A DNA stretch of 64,000 nucleotides from Acidobacteriota bacterium (GCA_963664705.1 OY761556.1:608001-672000), one strand, 5' to 3'. Shown: positions 39,652 through 50,259, counted from the first letter of the stretch. The notes: a model not told the origin generated them from the sequence alone. Numbers and translations are program-made.

Positions 39652-40902
39652 TTAACCGGCCTTTTCCAATAACGCGAAGACGATATCCTTATTTTCAACC
39701 ATCTCGCGCGTTATCATGAACTCCTTCACCTTCTTTTGTGAGGGCAGTTGGTACATCACGTCCAACATAAGATCTTCAAGGATTATTTTCAAACCGCGGG
39801 CTCCCATCTTGCGCTCCAGCGCCAGATTCGCTACCGCGGCGACCGCATCGTCGGTGAACTTCAGTTTGACGTTTTCAAATTCAAATAGTTTCTGATATTG
39901 CCGCACGAGAGCGTTCTTGGGTTTGGTCAGAATATCGATCAGCGCGACATGATCCAATTCCGACAGGGAACCGACGACCGGGAGCCTTCCGACAAACTCA
40001 GGGATAAGTCCGTATTTGATCAGATCTCTGGGTTCGCAATGCTCCAGGATGTTGGCGGCCTGTTCTTTTTTGGCGGTCTTTACAACTTTGGCTGCCTTGT
40101 CTCCGATCAGGAATCCCATACTCTTCTTCCCGATCCGGCGCTCGACGATCTTGTCCAGGCCAACGAAAGCTCCACCGCAGATAAACAGGATGTTCGTCGT
40201 GTCGATCTGAATGAACTCCTGGTGCGGATGCTTGCGGCCCCCTTGCGGAGGGACATTCGCGATCGTTCCTTCCAGGATTTTCAGAAGAGCCTGCTGCACG
40301 CCTTCTCCCGATACATCGCGTGTGATCGAAGGATTCTCGTCCTTGCGGGCAATCTTATCGATCTCGTCGATATAGACGATGCCCTGCTGGCACTTTTCCT
40401 TATCGCCGCCCGCATTCTGCAGAAGCTTGAGGATGATGTTCTCCACATCCTCGCCAACATATCCTGCTTCCGTGAGCGTCGTGGCATCCACAATTGCAAA
40501 CGGGACCGACAGCATTTTAGCAAGTGTCTGCGCCAGCAGTGTCTTGCCGGTTCCGGTTGGCCCGATCAGCATGACGTTGCTCTTCTGCAGTTCGAGGTCG
40601 CCCCGTTTTTTGGATATTTCGAGTCGTTTGTAGTGGTTGTAGACAGCGACGGCCAATTTCTTCTTGGTCATCTCCTGTCCGATAACATACAAGTCGAGGA
40701 ATTCTTTAATTTCCTGCGGCTTGGGAAGCTTCTCCCCGATGGGGGATGTAACGACGTCATCCGCAATGATTTCGTTGCAGACATCGACGCATTCGTCGCA
40801 TATGTAGACCGTAGGTCCGGCAATGAGCTTTTTGACGTCGTTCTGGCTTTTAGAGCAAAACGAACATCTCAAGACATCATCTCTCTCGTCGTCTTTTCTC
40901 AA
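39652..40902 (-). CDS. clpX: Clp protease ATP-binding subunit ClpX
   Basis: CSFC...CDEC Zn finger, [26 protein letters not shown] loop. Confidence 0.97.
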   Translation of the reverse strand: MRKDDERDDVLRCSFCSKSQNDVKKLIAGPTVYICDECVDVCNEIIADDVVTSPIGEKLPKPQEIKEFLDLYVIGQEMTKKKLAVAVYNHYKRLEISKKRGDLELQKSNVMLIGPTGTGKTLLAQTLAKMLSVPFAIVDATTLTEAGYVGEDVENIILKLLQNAGGDKEKCQQGIVYIDEIDKIARKDENPSITRDVSGEGVQQALLKILEGTIANVPPQGGRKHPHQEFIQIDTTNILFICGGAFVGLDKIVERRIGKKSMGFLIGDKAAKVVKTAKKEQAANILEHCEPRDLIKYGLIPEFVGRLPVVGSLSELDHVALIDILTKPKNALVRQYQKLFEFENVKLKFTDDAVAAVANLALERKMGARGLKIILEDLMLDVMYQLPSQKKVKEFMITREMVENKDIVFALLEKAG

Positions 40903-40926
40903 AGGAGTCCTCCAGGGTACAAAACC

Positions 40927-41514
40927 CTACTCTTTTCTCGAGATAACTTGATCCACTATGCCATATTCCTTGGCTTGATCGGCTGTCATGATGTAGTCCC
41001 GTTCAACATCCTTTTCGATGCGTTCAAGACCCTGTCCTGTATGCTTGGCGAGGATACCATTCATCGACTCGCGAAGTCGGAGTATCTCCTTCGCATGAAT
41101 GTCGATGTCGGTCGCCTGGCCCGCAAGGCCGCTCATTGATGGCTGATGGATTAAAATTCTGGAGTTCGGTAAGGCAAATCGTTTCCCCGGAGAGCCTGCT
41201 GCCAACAGCAACGCCCCCATGCTGGCAGCCTGGCCAATGCAGATCGTCGATACATTCGGTCGAATGTATTGCATTGTGTCGTAAATCGCCATGCCCGCCG
41301 AAATAGAACCGCCGGGGGAGTTGATATAAAGGTGGATGTCTTTGTCCGGATCCTCGGCTTCCAAAAAGAGGAGTTGGGCCGTAACAACGTTGGCCACGTT
41401 GTCGTCGATAGGTGTTCCCAAAAAGATGATATTATCTTTCAGGAGGCGCGAGTAAATGTCATACGCGCGCTCGCCTCTATTGGTCTGTTCGACCACCATG
41501 GGTATTAATGCCAA
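40927..41514 (-). CDS. clpP: Clp protease proteolytic subunit
   Basis: [23 protein letters not shown]. Confidence 0.97.
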   Translation of the reverse strand: MALIPMVVEQTNRGERAYDIYSRLLKDNIIFLGTPIDDNVANVVTAQLLFLEAEDPDKDIHLYINSPGGSISAGMAIYDTMQYIRPNVSTICIGQAASMGALLLAAGSPGKRFALPNSRILIHQPSMSGLAGQATDIDIHAKEILRLRESMNGILAKHTGQGLERIEKDVERDYIMTADQAKEYGIVDQVISRKE

Positions 41515-41517
41515 TGG

Positions 41518-42789
41518 TCACCCCACGCTTATATTAGCATTGCGATAGATGAAATCAAGCGCCTTGTTCTGGCGTAAATGCTGCTCAAGACTCTGAATCC
41601 TGTCTTCCTTTTCGAGCTGGGCTCGCAAGGCGGCTGCTGATTTGCTGGAGCCTTCTGCCCACTTTTGCAGCTCGGCGTCAACCTCTTCCGTTGTAATGTC
41701 GATACTCTCCTGACGGGCTATCGCATCCAGGAAAAGAGTTCTGCGAACCGATTGTTCCGCCACAGGCCTTTCAGCCTCAAGGACCTTCTTCCAGTCAATC
41801 GCGGTTTGATTAATGTCAATTCCCTGGTAGGCCAGATTGCTGGCCAGCCGGCGGGCGTGCGCCTCCAGCTCATCCTCTACCATGCACTCCGGAACTTCAA
41901 CCGTTTGGCGCCCGACTATCGTATCCAGTAGCGCCTCCCTGGCTTTCTTTTCGGCATTTTCCTTTGCCTGCGTTACCAAATCATCACGAACCCTGGTTCG
42001 CAGTGCTTCAAGGCTCTCAGACCCGATATCTTTAGCAAAATCATCATTTAACTCAGGTAGCTGCTTTTCTTTGATGTCCTTGACGACAACCGTGTATGTG
42101 ACTTTTTTTCCCGCAAAACTCTTCCGATGATAGTCCTCCGGGTAATTGACATCAAAAGTCCGGGTGTCCCCTATATGCGTCCCGCGCAGATTTTCCGAAA
42201 AATCCGCGTTTGTCTGAGGATGGCCGATGACCAGAGTGACATCATCTTCATGGCTAGGTTTTGTCTCTCCCTCAAACTGCCCGTCGACAGTCAGGGTGAC
42301 ATACAACCCGTCCCGAGCCTCGCCCTCCGTCGGCACAAACTGAGCCTGGTGCTCGCGCATCCGGTCGATCGTTTGATTGACGTTCTCCTCGGTAACCTCG
42401 GACGACGGGAGTGTGACTGGAACTCCTGTGTAATCCTTTACTTCCAATGGAGGCAGCACTTCAAAAGATACGGTGAACTTGAGCGGACTGCCCGGATTGT
42501 TTTCAACGTCCTTAACCGTCGGTTGGGCCAGAGGATGCAGATCATGTTCCGTGATCGCGTCTTTCCAGCTTTGTTCAATGATGCTTTGGACGGCATCCTT
42601 TTGCAGATCGCTCCCAAACCGTTGCCGGATAATATTTAGCGGCACCTTGCCAGGCCTGAATCCCGGAACCTTCACGTTCCGTGCATACTCCCGGGCCAGC
42701 TTTTCGACTTCCTGCTCAACTTCCTGCGGAGGGATTTCCACCGCAAGGCTTCTTTTGCAACTGCTTACCTCTACGATTTCTACTGTCAA
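41518..42789 (-). CDS. tig: Trigger factor
   Basis: VPGFRPGKVP signature; position upstream of clpPX. Confidence 0.95.
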   Translation of the reverse strand: MTVEIVEVSSCKRSLAVEIPPQEVEQEVEKLAREYARNVKVPGFRPGKVPLNIIRQRFGSDLQKDAVQSIIEQSWKDAITEHDLHPLAQPTVKDVENNPGSPLKFTVSFEVLPPLEVKDYTGVPVTLPSSEVTEENVNQTIDRMREHQAQFVPTEGEARDGLYVTLTVDGQFEGETKPSHEDDVTLVIGHPQTNADFSENLRGTHIGDTRTFDVNYPEDYHRKSFAGKKVTYTVVVKDIKEKQLPELNDDFAKDIGSESLEALRTRVRDDLVTQAKENAEKKAREALLDTIVGRQTVEVPECMVEDELEAHARRLASNLAYQGIDINQTAIDWKKVLEAERPVAEQSVRRTLFLDAIARQESIDITTEEVDAELQKWAEGSSKSAAALRAQLEKEDRIQSLEQHLRQNKALDFIYRNANISVG

Positions 42790-42904
42790 CTTGGTACCTG
42801 CCTATGTGTTGATGGATCCGTGGGTCCATCCTCTGTTTTTTCATTATGAGCCATCGCCGTTCGTCGGCCATGATCTCGCAGGGAATACCTAACGATGCAA
42901 CATC

Positions 42905-42989
42905 TGGTGCGAAAGGGGGGAGTTGAACCCCCACCCCTTGCGGGACTGGATCCTAAGTCCAGCGCGTCTGCCAATTCCGCCACTTTCGC
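42905..42989 (-). tRNA. tRNA-Leu (anticodon TAG)
   Basis: GCGAAAGTGGCGGAATTGGCAGACGCGCTGGAC-TTAGGA-TCCAG...GTTCAACTCCCCCCTTTCGCACCA; long variable arm and encoded CCA. Confidence 0.97.
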
Positions 42990-43080
42990 AGTTGTCCCAC
43001 CTGAGCGTCATTTTCCGGGTATCTGTTGATAACTGCAGCCGGAGAGGCAAAAGCTAGGGCGAGTCCACAATCAAAATGGG

Positions 43081-43109
43081 AATTTAACAAAGCCATCTGT
43101 CCGTGTCAA
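43081..43109 (-). promoter_or_regulatory. Sigma70 promoter for tRNA-Leu/tig operon
   Basis: TTGACA-17 nt-TAAATT with a TGn extension on the minus strand. Confidence 0.7.
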
Positions 43110-43150
43110 TGCCAGTCAACAGTGGGCAACGGGCAGCCGGCAATTCGCCG

Positions 43151-43477
43151 TTACATCTCGACCCATTTGCCATGACCTTCCCAGACACGAAGGGTAAATG
43201 GAAATGCAATATGCTCGCCCAGCTTTGTTTTGATAGCTTCGCAAATATTCTCAACCGAAGGATAGGAAAGGATATCGTTCAGGGTTTTATGATCAAAAAA
43301 GCCCAAAGCGGTTTTGATCGATTTCTTCAGCTCTGAGAAATCGAGGATCATTCCGTCCTTCTTCTCCCCCTCGATAACAACCTCAATCTTGTAGGTGTGG
43401 CCGTGCAGGGACCCGCATTTGTCATGTCCGGGCAGAAAGTGGGCACAATCGATATAGTCAATCACCCCTAGCTTCAT
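43151..43477 (-). CDS. queD: 6-carboxytetrahydropterin synthase (PTPS family)
   Basis: AH.L, C..LHGHTY, DF..LK, DH..LND, PS.EN, VWE. Confidence 0.88.
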   Translation of the reverse strand: MKLGVIDYIDCAHFLPGHDKCGSLHGHTYKIEVVIEGEKKDGMILDFSELKKSIKTALGFFDHKTLNDILSYPSVENICEAIKTKLGEHIAFPFTLRVWEGHGKWVEM

Positions 43478-43564
43478 TCTATACTCCCTGGCTTATAAAG
43501 CCCATTGTACCATTTGCTTGGATGAATTTACGATCGGATGCGTGCTGCCGTCAAACCGTTATCC

Positions 43565-44344
43565 CTATTTCTTCTCATCCCCGGCCAGGGAAGGATATAG
43601 CGTCGGGCTGAATAGCATTCGAGTCAGTTTCTCATCGGAACTCATCAGGCCGTTAACCGTCTGCTGCGCTTTCCCTGGGTCGGCAGTCACCGACCACCCA
43701 TACTCCCGATCCACAGTCTCCGCCAAATCCTTGAGAGATGAGAGTGTTACTCCCTTATTGCGAGGCTGCTCAAACGGCTTGGATACGAGGTAGCGCAGGA
43801 ATTGAATATAGGCTTCGTAAAAGCCCTCTCCCACGGCGTCCAGTTTTCCCGATCGCAGGAATCGAAATGGCACGAGGTTTGCCTTGGCCGGAATAAAGTC
43901 CACAATAAGGGAAATGCCGTTTTTCGTGGGCGTCAATTCTCCCAGGACTGCCCATTTTGCCGTCATCCAGTTCGCAACCGTTGCAGCCGATTCCTCCGTG
44001 AATGTATGGGGGGATCCTGCGACATTTATCGCCGTGGGCATCGTTTGCCAGAGAGGGATAATTTCCAGCCCTTTCGCGTTCTCTCCCGTTTTCATCATGA
44101 GGATAGGGGCTGCCATCGACAGCCAACGCAATTCCTTATCTTCCGATTGCACATTGAAGGGGAGAATCACAAGCCGAACCGGAGAGACTGCCACCGCATC
44201 CGGTTTGGCCGCCTTCTTCTTCAGGAAAAAGCAGCCTGTCTGCGAAAGGAGAACCAGCGCCAGAAAGGATGCAGTCATCAGAACACTCAGGCGGGCAGAA
44301 GCCGGGATCCGGCAACTGTATGGCTTCTTCGAATCATTCAGCAT
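43565..44344 (-). CDS. Hypothetical lipoprotein
   Basis: Hydrophobic stretch ending SQTG-C, then 'VILPF' TolB-N/CsgG-like start. Start codon uncertain. Confidence 0.6.
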   Translation of the reverse strand: MLNDSKKPYSCRIPASARLSVLMTASFLALVLLSQTGCFFLKKKAAKPDAVAVSPVRLVILPFNVQSEDKELRWLSMAAPILMMKTGENAKGLEIIPLWQTMPTAINVAGSPHTFTEESAATVANWMTAKWAVLGELTPTKNGISLIVDFIPAKANLVPFRFLRSGKLDAVGEGFYEAYIQFLRYLVSKPFEQPRNKGVTLSSLKDLAETVDREYGWSVTADPGKAQQTVNGLMSSDEKLTRMLFSPTLYPSLAGDEKK

Positions 44345-44739
44345 TTTGTGTTATCCATTCTGAACTGCGCGTATGAGGAGCTGATCAAGAATTTGTCGTG
44401 CCTGCTCCCCATTGCCGGATTAAAGCTCAAATCAGGTAAGTGGCCTATTTTCTTCTAGTTCATTGCCAAGTACTGCGGGCGGGCTACCTGCTCGCCTTGC
44501 CAGTTTCGAAACGTACGGACTATCCTTATCACAACTCCTTAAAACACGCAATCCGTTGGTGAGCAGTCCTCTGCCGTTGGGTATGGGCAAATATGGCCAT
44601 ACCGGCCCACCGATACCGGGCACCTCCTGGCCATCCATTTTGGTCTCGGCCTACGATGTGCTGGAGCACGGATAAGCGTACATTGAGCTCCATGAAAACG
44701 AAGCCCCGAACCCAAACCGGAAGTGAGGCGGAGAAGAAG

Positions 44740-45606
44740 ATGGTCAAATCCTGCAGACTAATGTCCTGGATCATTCTATTGTTCCTCTGCGTTTTTGCAG
44801 CGGATGCATCGGCATTAACGATCGTGCCTCATTTTGTAGGCGGCAAGGCCCCGGCCAATGCAGCGGGCGGCGGCAATTTGACGGAGATTGTGACCACGGC
44901 TGCCCGTATTTGGGAATCGGCCTATTCTGATCCAATTGTTCTGGATCTCTACTACGGATGGGGAGATGCCGGAGATGCCGGGACTCACACGCTGCAACAG
45001 AGCGATGCCCAGGGCAGGGAAGTGTCCGGTGTTATTGTTTTCGACAACAGCGGGTCCGTTTCCTTTTTCCTCGACCCTACTCCGGCGGTTAACGAAGAGT
45101 ACCATCGTTTGACCAATGAATATCAGGATCTGGGCGATGGATCCATCAATGTGGCGAGGATTCTCGGACGACCGACCGGAGAAGCCGCCGGCCGTATCGA
45201 CCTTCTCTCCGTGGCTTTGCACGAAATCGGCCATGCTTTGGGCTTGAGTACATCGAATATCGGCTTCCTGAAACAGACTTCCGGCGGATCGCTCCGGATT
45301 TCCAGCCAATATCCTTTTACCGGAACAGAGATTCCTTTGGCACGCAACAATTCGGGTGTCATTGCCCACTTTGATGCCAACATTCTCGTGTACGGCTCCA
45401 TTATGAGCGGAGTGAATGCGGACGAGCGACGCCTCCCCTCGGATTTGGATATTCTGGCCAACGCACAGGTCAGCGGGTTTGCGCTGGCCGCGGATGCGAT
45501 ATCTTCTACAACACAGGGAATTGAACAGTCCCGGAATCGTTCCTTTGAAACGGGCGGCGGGATGCAGAGTCGCGTTGCTCTTGAACAAGTCGGATCGAGA
45601 AGATAA
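44740..45606 (+). CDS. Secreted zinc metallopeptidase-like protein (matrixin-like)
   Basis: Signal peptide ending ASA/L, DLLSVALHEIGHALGL, later AHF and a Met-turn-like GSIMS. Confidence 0.75.
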   Translation: MVKSCRLMSWIILLFLCVFAADASALTIVPHFVGGKAPANAAGGGNLTEIVTTAARIWESAYSDPIVLDLYYGWGDAGDAGTHTLQQSDAQGREVSGVIVFDNSGSVSFFLDPTPAVNEEYHRLTNEYQDLGDGSINVARILGRPTGEAAGRIDLLSVALHEIGHALGLSTSNIGFLKQTSGGSLRISSQYPFTGTEIPLARNNSGVIAHFDANILVYGSIMSGVNADERRLPSDLDILANAQVSGFALAADAISSTTQGIEQSRNRSFETGGGMQSRVALEQVGSRR

Positions 45607-45625
45607 AGGGGGAGAGAATATCCAT

Positions 45626-45931
45626 ATGCAGGCTGAACGGAGACGCAAGGACCGAATGGAATATGCATTGCCGGTGAGCATACGCGGTTCAGAAGAGGGC
45701 GGGCGCGAATATCGATTTGAGGCGGTGGCGAGGAATATCGGGGCCGGTGGCCTCTGTGCTTTTGCGCCGCGAAAAATGAAGATTGGCGAAAAGCTCTCTC
45801 TGCGAGTCCGGTTTGCCCATCCCGGCAACAGGTCGGCCCAGGCGGCAGAAGTGTCTGCCCGTGGCCTTGTTGTGAGAACAGAGGATCGTCCGACAGGGCT
45901 TTGCCTGTTTGCTGTCGCTTTCCTCTTTTAG
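45626..45931 (+). CDS. Stand-alone PilZ domain protein
   Basis: ERRRKDR (RxxxR), NIGAGG (D/NxSxxG variant), G.VVR, AV.F. GGGGGAG RBS. Confidence 0.8.
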   Translation: MQAERRRKDRMEYALPVSIRGSEEGGREYRFEAVARNIGAGGLCAFAPRKMKIGEKLSLRVRFAHPGNRSAQAAEVSARGLVVRTEDRPTGLCLFAVAFLF

Positions 45932-45963
45932 CATTTCAGGAGAAAATAATACCGGCCAGGCTT

Positions 45964-46656
45964 TTAGAGCGGAATCTGGGCAAGGCTGTTGCGATAGGCG
46001 TAAATCAACAGCTCCATCCGGTCTGCCACGTCCAGCTTGGAATAAATCGATGTGAGGTGATGATGCACGGTGATGTCGCTGATAAAGAGCTTTTCAGCGA
46101 TCTGCCGATTTTTCAATCCTTCTCCAACCAGCCTGATGACTTCACGCTCCCGTTCGGTGAGCGAGCTTATCTTCAGCTGTTCCGGATCCGGTTTTTCAGG
46201 ACTGCTCCTTCTCGATAGTTCTCGAAGCAGGGTTGCGGTGGTCGCCCGATCCAGCCATGCTTCGCCCGCATGGACGCACTCGACCGCCTTGATGAGCATG
46301 GCGGCAGGACTATGTTTGGACAGGACGCCGGAAGCCCCCAGCCGCACAGCCTTCCGAAGCAGTTCCTTGTCTCCCGCATCCGAGAGTGCCAGGACTCTTG
46401 TTTTTCCAGAGATCGTCAGGAGCTCAGGAATGAGGTCCATGCCCGTTTCCTGAGAGCCGATGGAGAACAGCACGATGTCGGGCTGTTCCCGTTTCACAAT
46501 GGCAATGGCATCCTGCAGCGCTCCAACACTGCCGATGATTTCGAAATTCTGCTGTTGTGAAAGGAGAAGGCTAAGCCCGGCGCGAAATAGTTCGTGTTCC
46601 TCGATGGCCACAATTCGAATTCTTGCAGGCAATGCGCCCGCCATTTCGCTTCGCAT
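45964..46656 (-). CDS. NarL/LuxR-family regulator with atypical (pseudo) receiver
   Basis: C-terminal LTEREREVI.L..EGL.N..IA.KLFIS..TV..H...IY.KL. The receiver has PDIVLFSIG where the phospho-Asp is expected. Confidence 0.9.
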   Translation of the reverse strand: MRSEMAGALPARIRIVAIEEHELFRAGLSLLLSQQQNFEIIGSVGALQDAIAIVKREQPDIVLFSIGSQETGMDLIPELLTISGKTRVLALSDAGDKELLRKAVRLGASGVLSKHSPAAMLIKAVECVHAGEAWLDRATTATLLRELSRRSSPEKPDPEQLKISSLTEREREVIRLVGEGLKNRQIAEKLFISDITVHHHLTSIYSKLDVADRMELLIYAYRNSLAQIPL

Positions 46657-46857
46657 AGATGTCTGTCTCGCTCCTACACATCGACATATGAAGCTCTCTT
46701 CCTGAGCGAAATCTTGGGCCGCATCTCCCGTTCGCTATTTTTTTAGCGCGCTGTCGTATCCACGAAATATCGGGAAATGCCGGGAATGGCTTTAGGAAAT
46801 CACTATCGGTGAAATAAACAGGCGGATGCGGAAACAATGTGGGGGAGGAAGAACCCC

Positions 46858-48288
46858 ATGATCTCAAATGAATCCGGCTCCGCCCTGTTGCTCACGCTTG
46901 TCGCCATATTGCTTTTGTCTCTTCTTGGGCTTTTCATCGCGATCGATGCCAATACAGGGGTGAAGATCAGTGACAATTACGAGACTCAAGTCCAGGCTAC
47001 CTACGCCGCCCTGGCCGGATTGAATCACGCCAGAGCCCTGATTCGGGGGATCCCGATTGACGATCTGCTTAAAGGGCCGGATGGTGTGTACAACAATACC
47101 CCGGCCTATCTGATCCAGGCCCGGAAGTTTGATTTTCGCAATGCACTGCCGCTGGCAACCCTTTACGGATTGGATGTTTCCTCTCCAATCATCAGCACGA
47201 CTGGAATATTCGATGACGGAATTATAAGTACAGGATTTTACAATGGGGTCGACGGGACCGCCCTGATCCCTCTGGCCGGGATCGGGTTGCAGGCCGCAAA
47301 TCCCTATGGCGCAGGCATGCTGGTAACAGCCCGCTATTTTGTGAAGGTCACGGATAATAATGGCGAGGCGTCGGAATTATCCGGGGATTCGTCGGATAAC
47401 CCATTTCTGGATGGGGATGGAGTCGTTATCTCGCGATCTATCGGAGTCTCCAGGACGTTCTCCGAAACGGTGGGTCCGGTTGCACGGCTCAACTCTATCG
47501 CAGTTTTCGAGGCGCGCTTCAAACGTATTCTTGCCTTTGATGTGGGCCCGGCTCTCGTTGTTTTGGGAAGTAAGGTCAACGCGTCCTTTAGCGGTACCTA
47601 CGAAATCTGGGGCGATAAGTTCGCAGGAGTCGGTACTATCGACACCGATCTTGCTGATTCCAGCATGCCGGATGCGACCATCGCTTCAGCTGCCGGTTTG
47701 AGCGGCAATATCACCGGTGGGGGATGGCCCGCGCCCTCCGTCCAGGATATTTCCGCAGCGGTGTTTTCAAGCAACAGCAAATCACCGTTGATGAATCCGC
47801 AATTCCTCTGGGATTTCGTGTACACCCGTGCTCCGCGATTTGCTGATTTCTTTTTTAGCGGTAATCAGCATTGGAGTGGCGGCGCAGCGCCTTATGGTGG
47901 AGCCTATGACATTGCCAAGCCATGGAACGCGCCCGGTCAGGATCCCAAAGTCACCGTGGTTCACGGAGACTTGACCATTGATGGAAATTACTCCGGAGGC
48001 GGGCTCCTGATTGTCACCGGAGCACTGTCCTATTCCGGGCATTTTGCTTTTAATGGCTTGGTGCTTGCGATGGGTTCCGGCGTCGTCAATGCCGACGGAT
48101 TGGGGCCTGGAATTCAGGGGGGACTGATTGCTGCTGCGCTGGCAGGGAAAACGTCATTTGGTTCTCCGACAATTTCGATTGGCGCGGCAAGCAAGATTTT
48201 TTCAAACGGGGATGCCGTCAAAACAGCCGCAAGCCTTATCCCCGTTTCCCAAATCAGCTTTCGCGAAATTACCGGGTTGGATCCCTGA
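46858..48288 (+). CDS. PilX-like (type IV minor pilin N-terminus) protein
   Basis: NESG/SALLLTLVAILLLSLLG prepilin-like N-terminus, QA.YAA.AGL..AR, C-terminal GGGLLIVTG.L...G...F.GLV beta-repeat. Confidence 0.75.
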   Translation: MISNESGSALLLTLVAILLLSLLGLFIAIDANTGVKISDNYETQVQATYAALAGLNHARALIRGIPIDDLLKGPDGVYNNTPAYLIQARKFDFRNALPLATLYGLDVSSPIISTTGIFDDGIISTGFYNGVDGTALIPLAGIGLQAANPYGAGMLVTARYFVKVTDNNGEASELSGDSSDNPFLDGDGVVISRSIGVSRTFSETVGPVARLNSIAVFEARFKRILAFDVGPALVVLGSKVNASFSGTYEIWGDKFAGVGTIDTDLADSSMPDATIASAAGLSGNITGGGWPAPSVQDISAAVFSSNSKSPLMNPQFLWDFVYTRAPRFADFFFSGNQHWSGGAAPYGGAYDIAKPWNAPGQDPKVTVVHGDLTIDGNYSGGGLLIVTGALSYSGHFAFNGLVLAMGSGVVNADGLGPGIQGGLIAAALAGKTSFGSPTISIGAASKIFSNGDAVKTAASLIPVSQISFREITGLDP

Positions 48289-48339
48289 CCGCTGCTTTGC
48301 TTATAGCGCAGCAAAAACATGCGGCTTCACGCCGCCGTG

Positions 48340-48567
48340 CTATGCGCTTTTACAGCTGGCGCAACTGGATGAGGAGCAGGACGAGCAGCCCGAAGACATG
48401 GAGTGCGATGTGCCATCGCTACCGCGGGATACGCCGTTAAAGCTGGAATACATCTGTTCCACTTCATCGGACTGGCAGCCGGGGCACTGAACCCCGTTTT
48501 GTGATCCGAAGACCAGCTTTTCGAATTCGGACGCGCATTTCAGGCATTTGTACTCAAATATAGGCAT
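48340..48567 (-). CDS. FmdB-family zinc-ribbon protein
   Basis: MPIFEYKCLKC..EFE...CPGC with a C-terminal CSSC....CASC tail. Confidence 0.88.
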   Translation of the reverse strand: MPIFEYKCLKCASEFEKLVFGSQNGVQCPGCQSDEVEQMYSSFNGVSRGSDGTSHSMSSGCSSCSSSSCASCKSA

Positions 48568-48653
48568 TCCATCTTCCTCTTTAATTTCAAACGCAAATCG
48601 TAGCACAAAAACAGGGATCCATGGTCAGTTCTTTCAAGGCCCGAATCCTCTTG

Positions 48654-49304
48654 TCAGGGTGCATCCGGACGCAGCGGTCGGGAGATTACCTGATCCGGCA
48701 ATTCGTTTACATCATCGTGCCTGCGCGGGAAATGCTCGGCCAGTGCTTTTCCGCATTCTTCAACAGCGTTACAGATCCCCTGGCATGCATTGCCGTCTTT
48801 CATCCCCCGGATGATGAGATCACGCACCTTCTGCCAATGCTGATCTCCCATCTTTTCGTGGATTCCCCGATCCCCGATAACAACGACCTCTCTTTCAAAA
48901 AAGGACAGGTAAATTTCCACTCCATTGGATTCCCGCGTCCGGTAAAGGCCGCTCGCATAGAACTGCATAAAAGCAGCGTCATGGACCCGTGCATCCAGTT
49001 CCTGCCTGGCAATCAGCCAGCGACGGCAGGGAAGATACGGGAGAATGGTGTAAAACAGCGCAAAGGAAAGGAATTCCGCCCAGAGTAAATGGGTCAGGGT
49101 GTGGTCAAAGTACGGCAGCACGAGGAAAATGGCTGTCACAATGACCATTCCGATCAGCGCACCCTGCAGTGTGGCGTGGTAGTAATGAGCCGATGCCGGA
49201 GCCGCAGTGAATACGATTTCGCCCGAGGTGATGGCTTCGGCCTTTTGGATCGCTTCTTCAATTGCCTTGTTGTCCTGCTCACTCAACGGAGTCATTGTTT
49301 GCAC
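48654..49304 (-). CDS. TPM-domain membrane protein (LemA operon)
   Basis: AE..TSGEI, two TMs, L..TRE.NGV.IY.S..E....I.D.GI, NELPD. Confidence 0.85.
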   Translation of the reverse strand: MQTMTPLSEQDNKAIEEAIQKAEAITSGEIVFTAAPASAHYYHATLQGALIGMVIVTAIFLVLPYFDHTLTHLLWAEFLSFALFYTILPYLPCRRWLIARQELDARVHDAAFMQFYASGLYRTRESNGVEIYLSFFEREVVVIGDRGIHEKMGDQHWQKVRDLIIRGMKDGNACQGICNAVEECGKALAEHFPRRHDDVNELPDQVISRPLRPDAP

Positions 49305-49356
49305 TATCTCCTGACGCTATGGGTGCTGCATCCCTTTCCCAATCATCATTGACTGG

Positions 49357-50253
49357 CTACCACCTTCCGGAGCTGCCGCCTCCGCCGAATCCGCCACCGC
49401 CACCGGAGAAACCGCCGCCAAATCCACCCCCACCTCCGCTGAAGCCTCCGCCTCCGCCGAATCCGCCACCCCAGAAGAATGGGCCGGAAGATCCGGGACC
49501 GCGTCCTCCTCCTCCGGCTCGAACCATGGCTCCCATGAATATTCCCAATATGGCGCCCACAACTCCGCCACCCAGGACAAGAGGGAGGCTGTGGCTGATC
49601 AGCGTATATGGAAGGAGCATTCCCGCTCCCGCCCCGAGGATGCCGCCGCCCCATTTTCCGGTAGCGCTCAGAATCCAGAGAAGCGGGAAGAGAAGCACAA
49701 TGATCATGTGCATCAGCCGTCCGCCGGTTGGCCTCCGGGATGACCGCGATTCCTCGTAAGGCGTTCCCTGGTAGACTCCTCGGACGCTTTCGATCATTGC
49801 GGTCACCGCGGCGTCAATGCCGCCGTAATAATCTCCCCGCTTAAACCGGGGGATGAAATCGTTGCGGATGATCTGTCCGGTTCTGGCATCCGTGAGATTG
49901 GATTCCAGTCCGTATCCGACTTCGATACGGACCGCGCGATCCTCCATCGATATCAGGAGAATAGCGCCGTTATCTCGCCCCTTTTGCCCAATCCTCCATG
50001 CCTCGGCGACGCGAATCGAGTATGCCTCCAGCGATTCACCTTGCAGGCTCGGAATGATCAGAACTGCGATTTGCGTGGAATCCGTCTGCTCAAACGCCTG
50101 CAGTCTTGCTTCCAAGCTGGCCTTTTGGTCGGAGTTCAGGATGCCGGCGAGATCCGTCACCCGTGTCTCCAGCCTTGGTACGTCAATCGCGAGAGCGCTC
50201 AGACATTGGAACAGAAATAGCGCTATGCCGAATAAGAATCGGGACATTTTCAC
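49357..50253 (-). CDS. TPM-domain protein (YgcG-like) with Gly-rich tail
   Basis: V.D.AGIL, W.IG.KG.DNG, RIEVGYGLE..LTD, C-terminal GGGG.FGGGG.SGRW. Confidence 0.9.
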   Translation of the reverse strand: MKMSRFLFGIALFLFQCLSALAIDVPRLETRVTDLAGILNSDQKASLEARLQAFEQTDSTQIAVLIIPSLQGESLEAYSIRVAEAWRIGQKGRDNGAILLISMEDRAVRIEVGYGLESNLTDARTGQIIRNDFIPRFKRGDYYGGIDAAVTAMIESVRGVYQGTPYEESRSSRRPTGGRLMHMIIVLLFPLLWILSATGKWGGGILGAGAGMLLPYTLISHSLPLVLGGGVVGAILGIFMGAMVRAGGGGRGPGSSGPFFWGGGFGGGGGFSGGGGGFGGGFSGGGGGFGGGGSSGRW

Positions 50254-50259
50254 CTTTAC

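Noticed and set aside
39898-41139. Long antisense ORFs (here opposite clpX; likewise opposite rho, lon, trpB, aor, cheB and the UroD-like gene)
   Set aside because: Shadow frames of well-conserved genes in GC-rich DNA, with no recognisable motifs.
42905-42989. tRNA-Leu as an integration site
   Set aside because: No duplicated 3' end or integrase seen; tig follows directly.
49370-49470. CCG-rich repeat tract
   Set aside because: It is the normal Gly-rich tail of TPM/YgcG proteins.
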